From: Trichoplax sp. H2
Lineage: Eukaryota
Assembly (NCBI GenBank): GCA_003344405.1
Contig: NOWV01000147.1
Location: 124,001-188,000, forward strand
Direction of reading: 5' to 3'
DNA: 64,000 nt
Both the position numbers and the translations under genes were made by a program. The number at the start of each line of letters is the position of its first letter. The first letter of the stretch is position 1. The notes under the pieces are model-generated. The model was given only the letters and a program-made list of their open reading frames with translations. It was not told the origin of the DNA and searched no databases. Positions 12,987 through 26,182 of this stretch are shown here, in pieces.

Positions 12987-14945
12987 ATGTCTCAAGCTGT
13001 AACTTTAGCACATTTCGATAAATTCTTAGATACCACACCAATCAGTCGTTCATACTATGATGATTGGGTATCTTGCTGCTATCAACTTCAATTACTCTTG
13101 AAGCAAACGAGCTTGAAAACTATTCCACTCATTTCGGTATATCAACGCTTAACTAACCTGATCGAAAAATGGCCTAACCTTTGGCCAGCAACTCCAACAC
13201 CACCATCTTGGGATAATTTTCACATGGCCATTGGTAGTACTGACTTTAAATCTTGCCATCATCAGCTACAAGCAATACTAGCTGAAATTACCAATCATAT
13301 CAACGTATTAGATCATGAAAAAGATCATGTCAAGAAGAATAATAGAGACAATCACCATCATCATCATTTACTACTTTTGACATCATTAACTACTTCGATA
13401 TCACAATTACTTCAATGTACCGATCTTACATCATCGACTCCATCTTATATTAATAGCAGTAATGTAAGTGTTAATTTACGCGCTATACTAGAGGTAATGT
13501 TCTCAATAGTAGCTAATTCAACACCTAACCGTCATTTACCCAATCAAAAAATTGCAGAACAAATAAAAACTTGTATTACTAATCGATCACATTTTCAACT
13601 GCAAAGTAAAGTGGATGATCGGCATGATCAAGCAACAACAGCTGAAAATTCATCATCAACAACATTAAAAGACGAGACTGAGACTGATGATGGTGACAAT
13701 AGTGGACGTATTGGTAAGAAAATATCTTTTAGTATCAACAGTATCATCAATTCAAATTGCATTGAACAACAGAAGCAATACGATTTACGTTGCCAAGATC
13801 AGCCTCAATTACTATCGCCACCATCTTCAAACTCATCACCATCCCTATCTATGGCATCATCAACTTCATCATCTTCTTTACGCCAATCGCATTTGGTAGC
13901 ATTATCGGTTCCTGCGAATAATCAAAATCAAATTATCAGCTACCATTATCCAAACAAATTACCTCATGACCCTCACCCATCGCCCCATCATCGCCATTCT
14001 AATTGTTTGCCATCATCATCACCACCTTCAGCTTTACATCATGCACCTAATTCTGACTTATATTCAGCACGATTACATCCATTAGGTCAAGTAATAACAA
14101 CAGCAGTAAGTACAACAGTGTCTACAACTCCAGCAGCGACGATAGCAGCAACACCTACTGGTGGAGTTGCCAATTACTTCCAAGATGAATTTTGGAATGC
14201 TTCAAAACATACCACTAACAATATGGACATGACATTATCACCTCCATCAACAGCACCATTAATCGGTCGACACGGTATCCATCCAAGTTTCTTTAGTTCA
14301 ACATTTCAATCTAATGGACAAGATATGATGACTGCAGTGTTTGATAACAACAAAATCTACCGTTGCCATCAATGCTTGCGTTTATGTAGTAGTCCAGCTG
14401 AATTAAAACGCCATACTAAATCCCATCATCAAACTAATGAACGATTACGTTTTTGTTGTTCTCATTGTAACAAACGCTTTGCGCAATCATCGCATTTACA
14501 GCAACATTTACGCGTTCATACTGGCGTACGACCATTTAAATGTCGTTTTTGCTCCAAATCTTTCGCACAGTCGACCCATCTACAACAACACATTAAAATG
14601 CATACAGGCGATAAACCATTTCGCTGCAATTTTTGCGAGAAGCATTTCTCTCAGTTATCCCATTTACAAAAGCATACCCGAGTTCATACAGGTGAAAAGC
14701 CGTATAAATGTATTTATTGCTTTAAAAGTTTCTCTCAATCATCCAATCTGCAGAAGCATTTACGCGTCCACACAGGTATAAAACCATACAAGTGCACTTA
14801 CTGCTCTAAGAGTTTTACCCAATCACCTAATTTGCAAAAGCATATCCGAATTCATACCGGAGAACGTCCCTATACATGCCATTTATGCTCGAAATCATTT
14901 AGTCAGTCATCATCTTTACAGCAACATTTAAAGCTACACGACTGA
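12987..14945 (+). CDS. C2H2 zinc-finger transcription factor, rotund/lin-29/ZNF384-ZNF362-like, 7 fingers
   Basis: Single 652-aa ORF with seven C-terminal C2H2 fingers and TGEKP-type linkers. Finger FRCNFCEKHFSQLSHLQKHTRVH and first finger YRC..C....S.AEL..H.KSH resemble ZNF384/rotund. It has a S/H/P-rich middle region and an eh1-like FSINSII. An acceptor ccaccag just upstream implies 5'UTR exons. Confidence 0.85.
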   Translation: MSQAVTLAHFDKFLDTTPISRSYYDDWVSCCYQLQLLLKQTSLKTIPLISVYQRLTNLIEKWPNLWPATPTPPSWDNFHMAIGSTDFKSCHHQLQAILAEITNHINVLDHEKDHVKKNNRDNHHHHHLLLLTSLTTSISQLLQCTDLTSSTPSYINSSNVSVNLRAILEVMFSIVANSTPNRHLPNQKIAEQIKTCITNRSHFQLQSKVDDRHDQATTAENSSSTTLKDETETDDGDNSGRIGKKISFSINSIINSNCIEQQKQYDLRCQDQPQLLSPPSSNSSPSLSMASSTSSSSLRQSHLVALSVPANNQNQIISYHYPNKLPHDPHPSPHHRHSNCLPSSSPPSALHHAPNSDLYSARLHPLGQVITTAVSTTVSTTPAATIAATPTGGVANYFQDEFWNASKHTTNNMDMTLSPPSTAPLIGRHGIHPSFFSSTFQSNGQDMMTAVFDNNKIYRCHQCLRLCSSPAELKRHTKSHHQTNERLRFCCSHCNKRFAQSSHLQQHLRVHTGVRPFKCRFCSKSFAQSTHLQQHIKMHTGDKPFRCNFCEKHFSQLSHLQKHTRVHTGEKPYKCIYCFKSFSQSSNLQKHLRVHTGIKPYKCTYCSKSFTQSPNLQKHIRIHTGERPYTCHLCSKSFSQSSSLQQHLKLHD

Positions 14946-17900
14946 TTAATGAATTGGCGATCATCAATATCGTATCCTTTAAGTTTATTCTTTCCTGAAT
15001 TAGATAATTTAAAGACTAAACTTAGCATTTTTGTTGTTCAATTTTTCGCGATAATAGTTCCTTTTAATCACATATTTGAAATGCAAAAAGGTATACGTAG
15101 ATGCCATCCAATTTCAAAATTTTTTTGCTCTATCATTAGCTGTATCTTACTAAATTATGATCATTGTATGCATTTCAATTGCCTATCAAATCATTAGGTT
15201 AACCAGTCTATATGATTAGGTTAAGAATTGGCAAATGTCCACTGTTTCTTTCTGCCTTTAAAAACTGTTCATCATTTTCATGATGTCAGTATTACGACAT
15301 CTGTTAAATTGACTATCCTTCTACGTAGTCTCGTAAAGCTTAGCCAAATATGAATAAGGACACTAAATATTGATGAAATTCTTAATGAACTTTTTAAATC
15401 TTTAATTGGACCATATTATATGGTGTCAAATTTATCAATTCTTTCTCCTGGATGAAATCGAAATATCCTTAATGTAATATAGAATCCTTCTCCCGTATGC
15501 CTGTTATTATTACTGCAATTCAGTGATTATTTATGATGTTAATGATATTGATTTTATCCCTTGCCTTATACCTAATTAATGGTCACCCTTTTTCCCAGAA
15601 AATTTACGCAACTCAATTCATCTGGATCCTTTTGTTGTAAAAAAATGATTTTATCTATCGATATGGCAAGATTATATATTAGTTAAACCACTTTGACAAT
15701 ATCTCCATCTTAATTTTAAGTACTTTTCCTATGCAAATCCGTTAACTAATAATTGATTAAATTATGATGATTTGATTCCTGTCTCATTTTAACTATATAC
15801 CATCTGATATCTAATAAAAAAGTGTTACAGCATATTTCTGGTCTCAAATTAATAATTTCTTATCGGTCTCTCAAAGAATTCTTCATGTTGCCTTTCATAC
15901 TGTAACAATCTTAGAACTAAAGTCGAGACTTTTCAGTTTTGGTAGTTGCTATTAATTAGTAATGTATAATAGAATTCTTATTATAATGAGCTTACGCCAT
16001 AATTTTATGATTGTTATTCCTGCCTTAGTAAGTTAATTTTTTCGTCTATATCCGATTGAACGGATATTCTCTTCGGCAATACCATATTATCCCGCTATAG
16101 TAATTTTCAAACTGGTTTCCCAACACAAGTATAGGAAAATCCTCTAGATTTGCCATAAGTAGGAGTAGTAACGCAAATAATCGCTTCGACTTCCAACCCT
16201 AAAATTGCGATATATTACTACCTATCGTGCATCTACCGGTCAAAGCTCATAAGTACTATTAGCATACGGTATTCATTTGTTTTAGAAGTACATAGATAAA
16301 TGCGCATTATTTTAACGTACCATATACAAACAATTTTTGTTCTGATCTAGTAATTTGTGAAGTAGTACAAGTATCTACGATTTTACGGTTATTTCTTATC
16401 TCCTTTTTACTGGTACTATAAAAGCAATACAGTAAATAAAAATAGATAAATTAAAAGGAAATTTATCGATGACTTTCAAAAAGGATTAAAGTATAGCTAT
16501 GAGGACGTCAGTTGCATTTATTGTGTCTAGTTTCGAAGTGAATTGAGCTAACATTTTATAACTATTTATAATAAAATTAATATACTCAGTTATTAGCTAG
16601 GCCACTTGGCAAATTCAAGAGCCCACAATAAAACAAGAGAATAAGTGGGAGATGTGAAAATGCTAAAAGAACCATAGCAACAGGGGGACAATTTGATTCG
16701 TTTTGGATTGGCGCGGTGCATGAATGCGATAATTCCGCGAAAGAATAAAAAGGTATCTTAGCATAAAGCTATACTACAGTAGTATTCGTATACTGATATC
16801 CATCGCTATATTCTCAAATATTTCATTTAGAAAGGCTTTATCTGTCATATACTCTGTAATAGTATACCAGTGGAGTTATGCTGGGAGCAAAGGGCTTTAA
16901 AATATAGAATAATGCGTATAATAAAGGTGGGAAATATAGTAATCATTAATATATAAGTACCTCATGTTATCATTTCTATTAAAAGTACAACAATAAATAT
17001 GAATTGTGTCTATCAAATCATCTAAACTGTGCCTGCCAAAGTAAGATGATGTTGCAATTTCAAGCTGTTGATGTTTTTAATACAACCCTTTTACATGCAT
17101 AGTGGAAGAAATCTGAAGAACTACGATAACCACTTAAAACGCGATATTAAAAATAATATTATTCCAACTTTTTGCTTAAAGTAATAAGTGGAATTGGGTA
17201 ATAATCAGATAAGATTACGTTAATTCAAACAATTTTCACCTTTTCTTTATTCCATCATGGATAGAATTGAATTAGAGTGATATAGTCTAAAAATTGGATA
17301 TATAATAAAATAAATAATGATGCTCATCTTCCATTTCAATGATTTTAATTATTAATCCGGCTAGCGGTAGCATTTCGTTCATCTGCTTTCAGATATCTAT
17401 TCGCTGCTATAAAGATACGCATACATATTAATATTGTCATAAATTAATATTTAAAAGAAATTATGCAAACAAAGCTATTTAACCTTAAATAGATAATTTT
17501 GTAGTTATAAAACCTTTATTTCATTAGGTACGACAATCTGCATATATAGTAGTGGAAGTGAAAGTTTAAGGAGTCACTGCAAGAGAGTTACAATGACATC
17601 AGAGCATTACATTATGACACAGATGATTGAAATAAATTCAATAATAAAAAAGCCAGATGTATTATATCGCATTTGATATTTGCCGTTGTAATACAATCGA
17701 TATTAGAATTATAAAGAAGCCTAGCGCGATTATTGAAATAACATTAATCGACGGCAAGCTAACGAGAAAATTTTATTTTATCCAATTGCCAAGTTTAATA
17801 GGTAAATGATTCACAGTTTAAGGCTTGTTTATAAGATAAATTATAATTGGAATTAAACTTGGTCTATAACTCTAAAAATTATGATTCAGTATCGCGATTT

Positions 17901-20900
17901 ATTCTATAACCTCAAATTTTGATTACTATACGTACAATTATACTAGTATTATTGTTAACTTAGAAATACCTTTCTATTTTCTATCCCTTTTTATGCTTTA
18001 TCGATATGACTACATATCTTAAATTTCCCTTTTATTTAATTAGAGCTGAATAGTTAATTAAAAGGGGAATTATAATGATTTATTGAACTAGCCGATAATA
18101 ATGAATTTTATATTTCTGGCGTTGAATTCCTTGTTCGTTATTCCTTAGCTTTACTTCCTAGTGTGTACGCAGATATATGTCTACGTTATCATTCTAACGT
18201 ATTGATGATAATGTAGTGCTTGATACAAAGAGTTGCATGAGATATTATAGTATAACCTTAACGTAACTTTAAGTAGGCAGAGAATGTGTAAATGAAGGCA
18301 AAGAAAGGCGGTCAATACCTGTAGAATTAGGACCATTATTTGTTTCTATCAATACGAGCAGTTGGTGTTTTTTTCACAAAGCACTATCGCCTATGCATTA
18401 CTTTTAAATTAAAGTAAAAAAAGAACAATATTATCTTTAAATTAATTCTATTCTTAGAAATGAGCAGAAAAAATTTGAAGTGGTTCTGTATTGTTCATAA
18501 ACTGCTAATAATCGTCTTAAACCCAAATTATTCTAGAAATATACACTAGTAGAATTTTGAATAGACGGGTAAAATGAATCACATTCTGTCCTAACAGCGA
18601 ATTGCCTTACAAAAAATTTTGTTTTTATTAATAATTAATCAACCATTCATACGTCTCTTTACTTTTTACAGGAAATTTTCGGCCAAAATAAATAGAACTA
18701 TTATGACGCAATTTTTTTATTAATTGCTCTAAAGATTATAAAACAATTAGAGTTGGTTCAGTAAGGATTATAATGTGCCAGGAAATAAAAATTTTAAGTG
18801 GTAAATGCACACATTCCATATTATAGTGCTTAAATTGTATGTAGAGGTCTACATAAGATCAATTAGGTCTATTGGTTGAAAATGGTAAGTAGATATGGCA
18901 TTTCTAATTTTCTTTTTTAATCAATCATTCCATATTCTACCACCTTATACGAATAGAGGATTGTAATCATTTGAGAATACTAAAGCCATTTTATGAAAAG
19001 CTACTTTAATTTAAATATGGGCTAAATCTAATGTTTACGTAGTATTCAGTATTTTTCTCAACAAGGACGATTTCTTGTTTTCAATGCAATTGTTATGGTA
19101 TTGTCTTCGGTATCCATTGGAACGTCAATTTTCTTTCATTTCTAAAAGCTTTCTTCTTTCTTTAGTCATTTCATTTCCAATGTTATTTTAACTACGTTAT
19201 TAGTCATTAAATACTCAGCATGTATAAATCTACCGACGAGTGTCTAAATAAAAAAATATAGAGAGAATAATATTTGTTATGGAACAGAAATAATAATGCC
19301 CGTCTTTTATTGTTAATTATTTCAAGAACAACGAGTAATGAAAGATATTATAGTTGGCATGGTCTCAATGCTTTTAACAGGATATCTATACTAGTTTTTG
19401 GACGAAGTAATTGATTTGGGAAGGATGATACTATTATAGTTGCAGTAGTTTCACTCAAGCTTAACGAATTTATTGAGACACACCCTTAGAATATAGCTCT
19501 ATTGCTTCAAGCTTATTAATATCGCTAGATAGATGTTGTAATTTAAAAGCTGAATTTCCAGTAAATAGTATTCCAGTAAAATGTACATTGTAAATACTAT
19601 TAACCTCTTGTCTATTCGAGATTAATAGCCTAGGAATTAATTAAAGTTTTGCTGCCTGGACAAAGGCCTATATTTGAAGAGATCTTATATTAATATAACA
19701 TTACATTAATATACTGTATATTAATTTATAATCAATCTAGAAATATATAGTAGTATGATTTACTTAGAGATATTAATGCACCAGCTGACAAGGAATGTCT
19801 TAAGAGTGCACAAATAATTATAATCAACATCATACCTTAAAATTGACTCGTAATTCATTGATATGCATACTATCGAGCTTTAATAAGATTAATGTCACGC
19901 CATTTATGTTTACGATAAGCTTGGATGATGTTACTGAAGGCAATTTACCATTACAAGAATTACTAAATGAGTACATCTTATCTGAAGATAAAATGTGATT
20001 TAATATCTTACTACTGAGCTAACTATACCTGTACCATCATCTTTCAGCTTTTCATCTGTTGCATCTTCACATATAATCCCTGGATGCTGAATCGTTCTAA
20101 CAAACTGGAATACCTTCTCTTATAGTATTTAAATTTTAAAATGCCTATTACTAGTGAATAATATCTATTGTAGATATAGTATATACTTGTATGAGATGTA
20201 TTCGTTTATCGAACATACGCTCTAATTGGATTGCAAATTAGTTCACAGAATCTACTGATATCGCAAGATCGATAATGCAATAGTTCACCAATATAGTGTA
20301 TGTATCGTGATCGATATTGTTATCCTAAAGACTATTCTAAATCTATTGATAGAGAAGGTAGTAGATACTCTAGACTATCTGACGCATTCGCAAAACTGAT
20401 TCGATCATAAAGTTTTCTATTATGTTATCACGGCATCAACGCGCAATGACGCAATGTAATAAAATGTCAGAAAAACTGTATACAGATGTTACAGCTTATA
20501 TCTCTTACTAAAACAGCTATTCTTGCTTTCCCTATTTAAAGAACAATTAAAGCGATATTAAATTTATACGAACCTATAAAATGAAAAGTCTTAATAGTTT
20601 AGATTAGAGAAAAGCCAGCATTAGCAAAAAAAACTTTCGCGCATTAATTAACCATATCTTGTTTTATATTACATCACTTTCCTGTTATATAGTCTATTAA
20701 GATTAATATGCATCGTAGAAAATGCAATTAACAACATTCGAATCATCACCGAGGACATCATTTTAAAATATACTGGTAGAAACATACGATGAATTTTAGA
20801 AATTCTTCACATTAATCATGACACACAATAGATGAGTCTTTATACGCCTACACATAGCATAATGTAAAACTGCCATGTTGAATTACGGCTATGTCTCAAT

Positions 20901-23900
20901 TTATTGGCTTATGTCAATTTAAATTCGAAGTTGAAATTTGTATAGCATTTGGGCAATTTTATGTTACTGTAGGATGATACTACCGTATTAAATTATATGA
21001 ATTTTAATGATATCATTATTCGACGACACCGAAATTGAACACTGTATCCTAAAATACAACATTTATGGACAATGTCTGAAAGAGCGTTTGATGCTTGGCA
21101 TCCTACAAGGTTCAGCTATCATTTATCCCAGTCGATATTTTTGTTTTTACGATATTATTTTTGTGTAGTTCAACAAAATATTTAGTAATTTGTTAACAAG
21201 GTGTTCAAGTACAGTTGCGGATATTAGAATTATGATTAGAGAATATTGACGAGCAGAGGATAAGATAAAATCAGTGTTCAGTCAAGGTAACCTTGATACT
21301 TTTAAATGAATATGGAGAAAATATGGCCGTGCCTAATTAGTAAATACAGTATATGAAATGCAATTGATATTGGTTTATCACTTGACATTAGGGCTGTATC
21401 ATACTTAAGCCAATTATCCCATCTATGAAAAAGGATAACACGACCTGGCATGATAAATAGTGATTTTCCAGATAGTTATTGTACTATAGTCATAGGCGCA
21501 TGAATCACTGATTTTATTCGACATAGTATGGGAGAGATTCCATTAGCATATTCGTCTAGAAGTAAAATTATTCTCTTCCATTCTACTCCATCATACTAAA
21601 TGTATTGTTTTGAGCGACAGCTGGTCTAATTACTAACGTCATTAGTCTCATAGAACAGATGACAATAAAAGCGATATTGCCTAGACAAACTTGACTTCTT
21701 TCTATGACTGGAAAAATATATTTAAATGCGATCTATTAACAGCCTCGGGAATCACTAGGATTATTCCCAATAGAATTTTACTTTATCAGCCTACTATACA
21801 TTAAAGTCATCTCATACAGTTAATTCCTAGAAATGGTTTAATTTCCCTCCAATTGCAGGCGATATTGTAAATAGGTCTGTTATTACAACATAAGGGCTAA
21901 GAGAAATCTCAACTATGTGTCATCTTCTCTTTCGACAGTCAGCTATTATGATTTTTACGTGATCGAAATCGATGTAACTTTCATTTCGCTGGTAGATGAC
22001 ATTAGATATGACATTCTTTTCAAATCCATTTCGCCGCATTAGCTATGTATGTAGATAGTAGATTCTTGCCTGAGTCAATCGATTAAGTCAGAAATCAATA
22101 TCAACATTGAAAGGGATTTAATTTAAACTAAGCCTTACCATGTGCACAGATTGAGCGATACATTTTGATTGCTTTAAGGCGCAATAATTATCATCACAAT
22201 CATAAATGTATTTCTTCATTAAATTAATCTAATTTATAATACGATGTACCTTAGTATTAATAAATAAGGCAGTCTTAACAATACTGGCCATTATTAATAA
22301 CAAAATTCCTTTACATTAAGAATACCATTACAATTTATGACAGATGTTTACGTCCTTGAAGTTACTTTACCGGCGTAGAATGTTGATTATCAGTCAGACG
22401 GAAGCGTGGTAAAAAAAATGTAGGAAGTTTCTTCTTCATTGATTAATGATTGCAGCCGACGCACAGTGCACATGACAAGTCATTCTTGGTAGAAAATCAG
22501 TGTAGCACCTGTTAAATTAAGTTATTCATTTTAAAAAAAGGTTAGCATTGTAGCTGACCTTTCGCCACTTTCAATTCAATGCGTACTATTTTATGATCAA
22601 CTTTTTTCAATAGCAATCCAGATTTTAATGACTCCTTTTCCCTCAGTAGAAATTTACATTATAGCTACAACTGAAGTTTTTCAGTCCATTAAATGAATTT
22701 TCCTTGCTTCAATTAATGGCATGTGATCAAGTCGTTATATGCCCTTGCACTATATTAACCTTTATCGACCGTTCTAAATACTGATTTAGCATTCATCTTA
22801 TCCAGGCGTAAAAACAATTTTTCTCCACCACTTTGTATGATAGAATTTTAAAAAGTATTGTAAGATATACTATTTTAGTGTGAAATCATTCAAATAACGG
22901 AACAATTTTTATTGTGACCTTGACATGATAATGACCCTTATATTAATATGATTTAAATGACTAGTTAGGGATCATAAAATTGGCTACCATTGTCCTTCCT
23001 AATTTACGGAGAAGCGCATTATCGATTATGAGAATGCCATTGCTCTCATTATATCTTTACTACTTCAATGAGCATCAAACATTCAATGTGAGACCATTGA
23101 AATTTTCTAGATGTAAAGCGCGGAGATTCAATATTCTACTGCAAGATATAACAAATATCTATATGAAAAGTATTCGATACTGCAGCATTTGCTGTATCCT
23201 TACTAAGGTAGATACTCAAATATGACTAAACTCATTTCTCCGCGAATAATAAGAACTGGTAACATCAAGTTACACGTTAATGGAAATTTTACAACGAAGG
23301 AAAATGCAATCCATCTAATTTGTTATGCTCGACTAAAGATATTTTTGCATTAGACAGGTTCTCTATTTTAGTTTCCGTGCACTTAATCCACATACGGGAA
23401 CCAAGTAGCAATATCACATGGATCACTCAGAATCACGACAGTAATCTATTCAATTTACTGTGTGATATAGAAATTTCAAAAGCAGTTATTTCATTTGCAT
23501 TCGCTAGAGCGATATTATAACATTTCAACTGCCGTTTGGATCAATCGAAAGTAAGATTAAATGTTACACTTATTTCAGTTAGGCGGCATAGCTACTTGGT
23601 ACACTTACGCGGTAAAATTGCGGATTTACAAACTGCTTAACCTCGTTACCAATAGCAAACCCAATTGAATAAAGTCGTTAACATTTTCCCCCATGACTAC
23701 ACGTCTATAAGAGTAGTATTATTAGTTTATGATTGATATCGTTCTATAATAACTATAATTGGCTCTGTAGCCATTTTTAACAATGAATTCCTTCAATTGT
23801 TAATTAATACAATTCACATCCATAAGTTAGGTCGCGGATTTAAATTGTAAACAGTTACTCTAGATCATTGTCAGGATCGTAGCAATTCACGTACTAGTTT

Positions 23901-25689
23901 GATCTTGATAATTTTCAAACGACTAAAGCATTGATCGATTTGATTTTTATTATGCCTATTAGCAATAACGGAACAAGATTATTCGAATTATACACAAGGG
24001 CCCTATGTCTTTAGCCGGTATTATTTTAGCCCACGTTGTACAGTGTACAAGTCCGAATATTGCCTCGAGCCTTAGTTACGGCACAGTACTGTTGCAAAAT
24101 TTATTAGCCCATGTCTAAGATGTCAAAAGACTATTCTAGCTTAGTAACCTTATTGAATATGAAATTTCTATAATGGAATGTTGACCAAATTATTCGGGCG
24201 CCCTTATACAAATTCAAGTAGTTATAAAGTAGTCAATTCTGCATTCAATCTGGAGTACTAAGTAACCCGGAACATTTTATCAGTTTTAGTAGTCCGTGGA
24301 TTGGCCTATGCGCCATTTCATCGAGCTCTGTCGGCGATTCAGCGGGGTAGAGGAAATTATGGTTCATGCCTTGAAGGCTAACTGTATCAATCTTGGTGAT
24401 TCTGCCTCAAATTTATTCGCTCTTCTCATACGCATCAAAGTGTCCATAAAGCATCTATTTCTGTATTGAATTTTCTACTACTACACTTCTAAGTACGACC
24501 GCCATATTATTTCGTAATTCACTGTGCTCACTTAGCGTTCCAAGGTGTCTATGCGTACAATAGCGGGTTATGCTGGACGACTGATTGCGATCGCCTTACA
24601 GTCAATTCGGTATTTAAGTCACACTACTAGTCCAATCATCATAATTAGAAATAAGGGAATCTACAAGTCCTTGCCTTCGAGGTTCTACTATCGATATGGA
24701 TGTCGGTAAACGAGTAGAATGCTAGAAAAATTAGTTTCCTCGTTTACAAATTAACTGAAGCATCGGTGTAAGCAGTTATTCCTTCCCTATACAGTAATTG
24801 GTGATTGTCCATATTTTTAATCCTCTATGAGTGCAATCTTCTATGGGCTGCTCTAATTTTTACCACGGTAAAAATTGAAGTAATTTATGAATCCATCGGT
24901 TATATTTGATATTTTACCTTGCTCGCTCAGTGATTTTTGATACTATTTCGTGCTGCGCCAGCGGTCCAAGCATACTGTACAGTACTGTAGATCTCCCTAT
25001 TGAGACGAGCTTGAGCTTGTATTACTAAAACAGTAAGCAGGATCGGTGTATCTGATATTTTACTGGCTATATTACTAAGATCCGACAGGGATCCAGAGGA
25101 GTCTGTAGATCAATATTTATGATCAAGTATTGCATCAGCAAACGTATGATTTAGCTTTTAACAGCAGGAACTATTGTATTTCGGTCTAGAATCTTCTACT
25201 GCGCTGCTACGAATACGGTCACCGTCGTTAATAGATTACTGTTGTGCATGAGGTTATGTTCTCTCCGGCGACAGGAGGTCAATCACGCAATACTAGGTAT
25301 TACCAGTCTATCATAGAGTAGATTTTCAGAAATGGTGATGGCTAAAATGTGATAATATGCCAACTCGACAGTGCATGCCTTCCAGGCAGCTTGATCGGTT
25401 TTTGCCTCATCATCGGGTCTTTGATTGTGATCGCGTATTGCATCAGCCTTGACTGTTACATAATGCATTGTACAGTACTGTACAATGAATGAAGCAGCCG
25501 CGATCCTATTTCTCTCCTGAGCTTCTGTTGTACTGCTCCAGTTTTAAAGTAAGACCATTATTAATTAATCAATCTACAGTAGTGTAGCACTAGTAGTGTG
25601 GAGAAGATATCCATTTTTAGAAATGGACGTAGCAAATGTCCTTTCTTGCCGGCAGCTGGATAGGGATTTCGCTTGATTTTTTTGGCTTC

Positions 25690-25900
25690 AGTACAGTACA
25701 GAATAGGGGTACAATGTACTGTAGTTGCGGTGCTGTACACTGTACACTGTACAGTATCGTACTGTAGTGCGGTATTACATCAGCTTTCAGTCCAGTACTG
25801 TACTGGGCCGGGCTGGACCGGGCCGGACTGGACTGGACTGGAACGACATACCGTATCGAGGTAATGACGCAGATGGGAGCGTGGCGCATGCGTATTGATA
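25690..25900. promoter_or_regulatory. ATAD3 promoter island (TACWGTA cluster grading into GGACY/GGCCG pentamers; GCGCATGCG)
   Basis: Lies 300-500 bp upstream of the ATAD3 ATG; CpG-rich relative to its flanks. Confidence 0.6.
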
Positions 25901-26182
25901 ACGCACGTGAGTTTAAAAATGGCAGGACTGTGCGCCCAGGGCAGCTGCGTTTTACTGAGAGTGGTTGCCGTATGGCTACTGCACTGTTGTTACGTACATT
26001 GCACTAGAGGGGTTGGCAGAAATACTCCTCAAGCGTGACGTACCAAACCAATCCAATTCATTCCTCTACCTAGGTTCCATGACGATTTGCAACCTGTCTG
26101 CAGAAGATAGCAGCCAATTTTTAGCTTTAATCTTTATTCTGTAAGCATTACCATTAGAAATTTTAAAAATTAAGCCAACAAC

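Noticed and set aside
13687-15197. Alternative-frame ORFs within or just after the zinc-finger gene
   Set aside because: Shadow ORFs of a real CDS or of 3'UTR sequence, with no domain signal.
6194-26182. Autonomous transposon or transposase responsible for the footprints
   Set aside because: No transposase-like ORF or paired CAG...CTG terminal repeats were seen in the gene-empty regions or elsewhere in the window.
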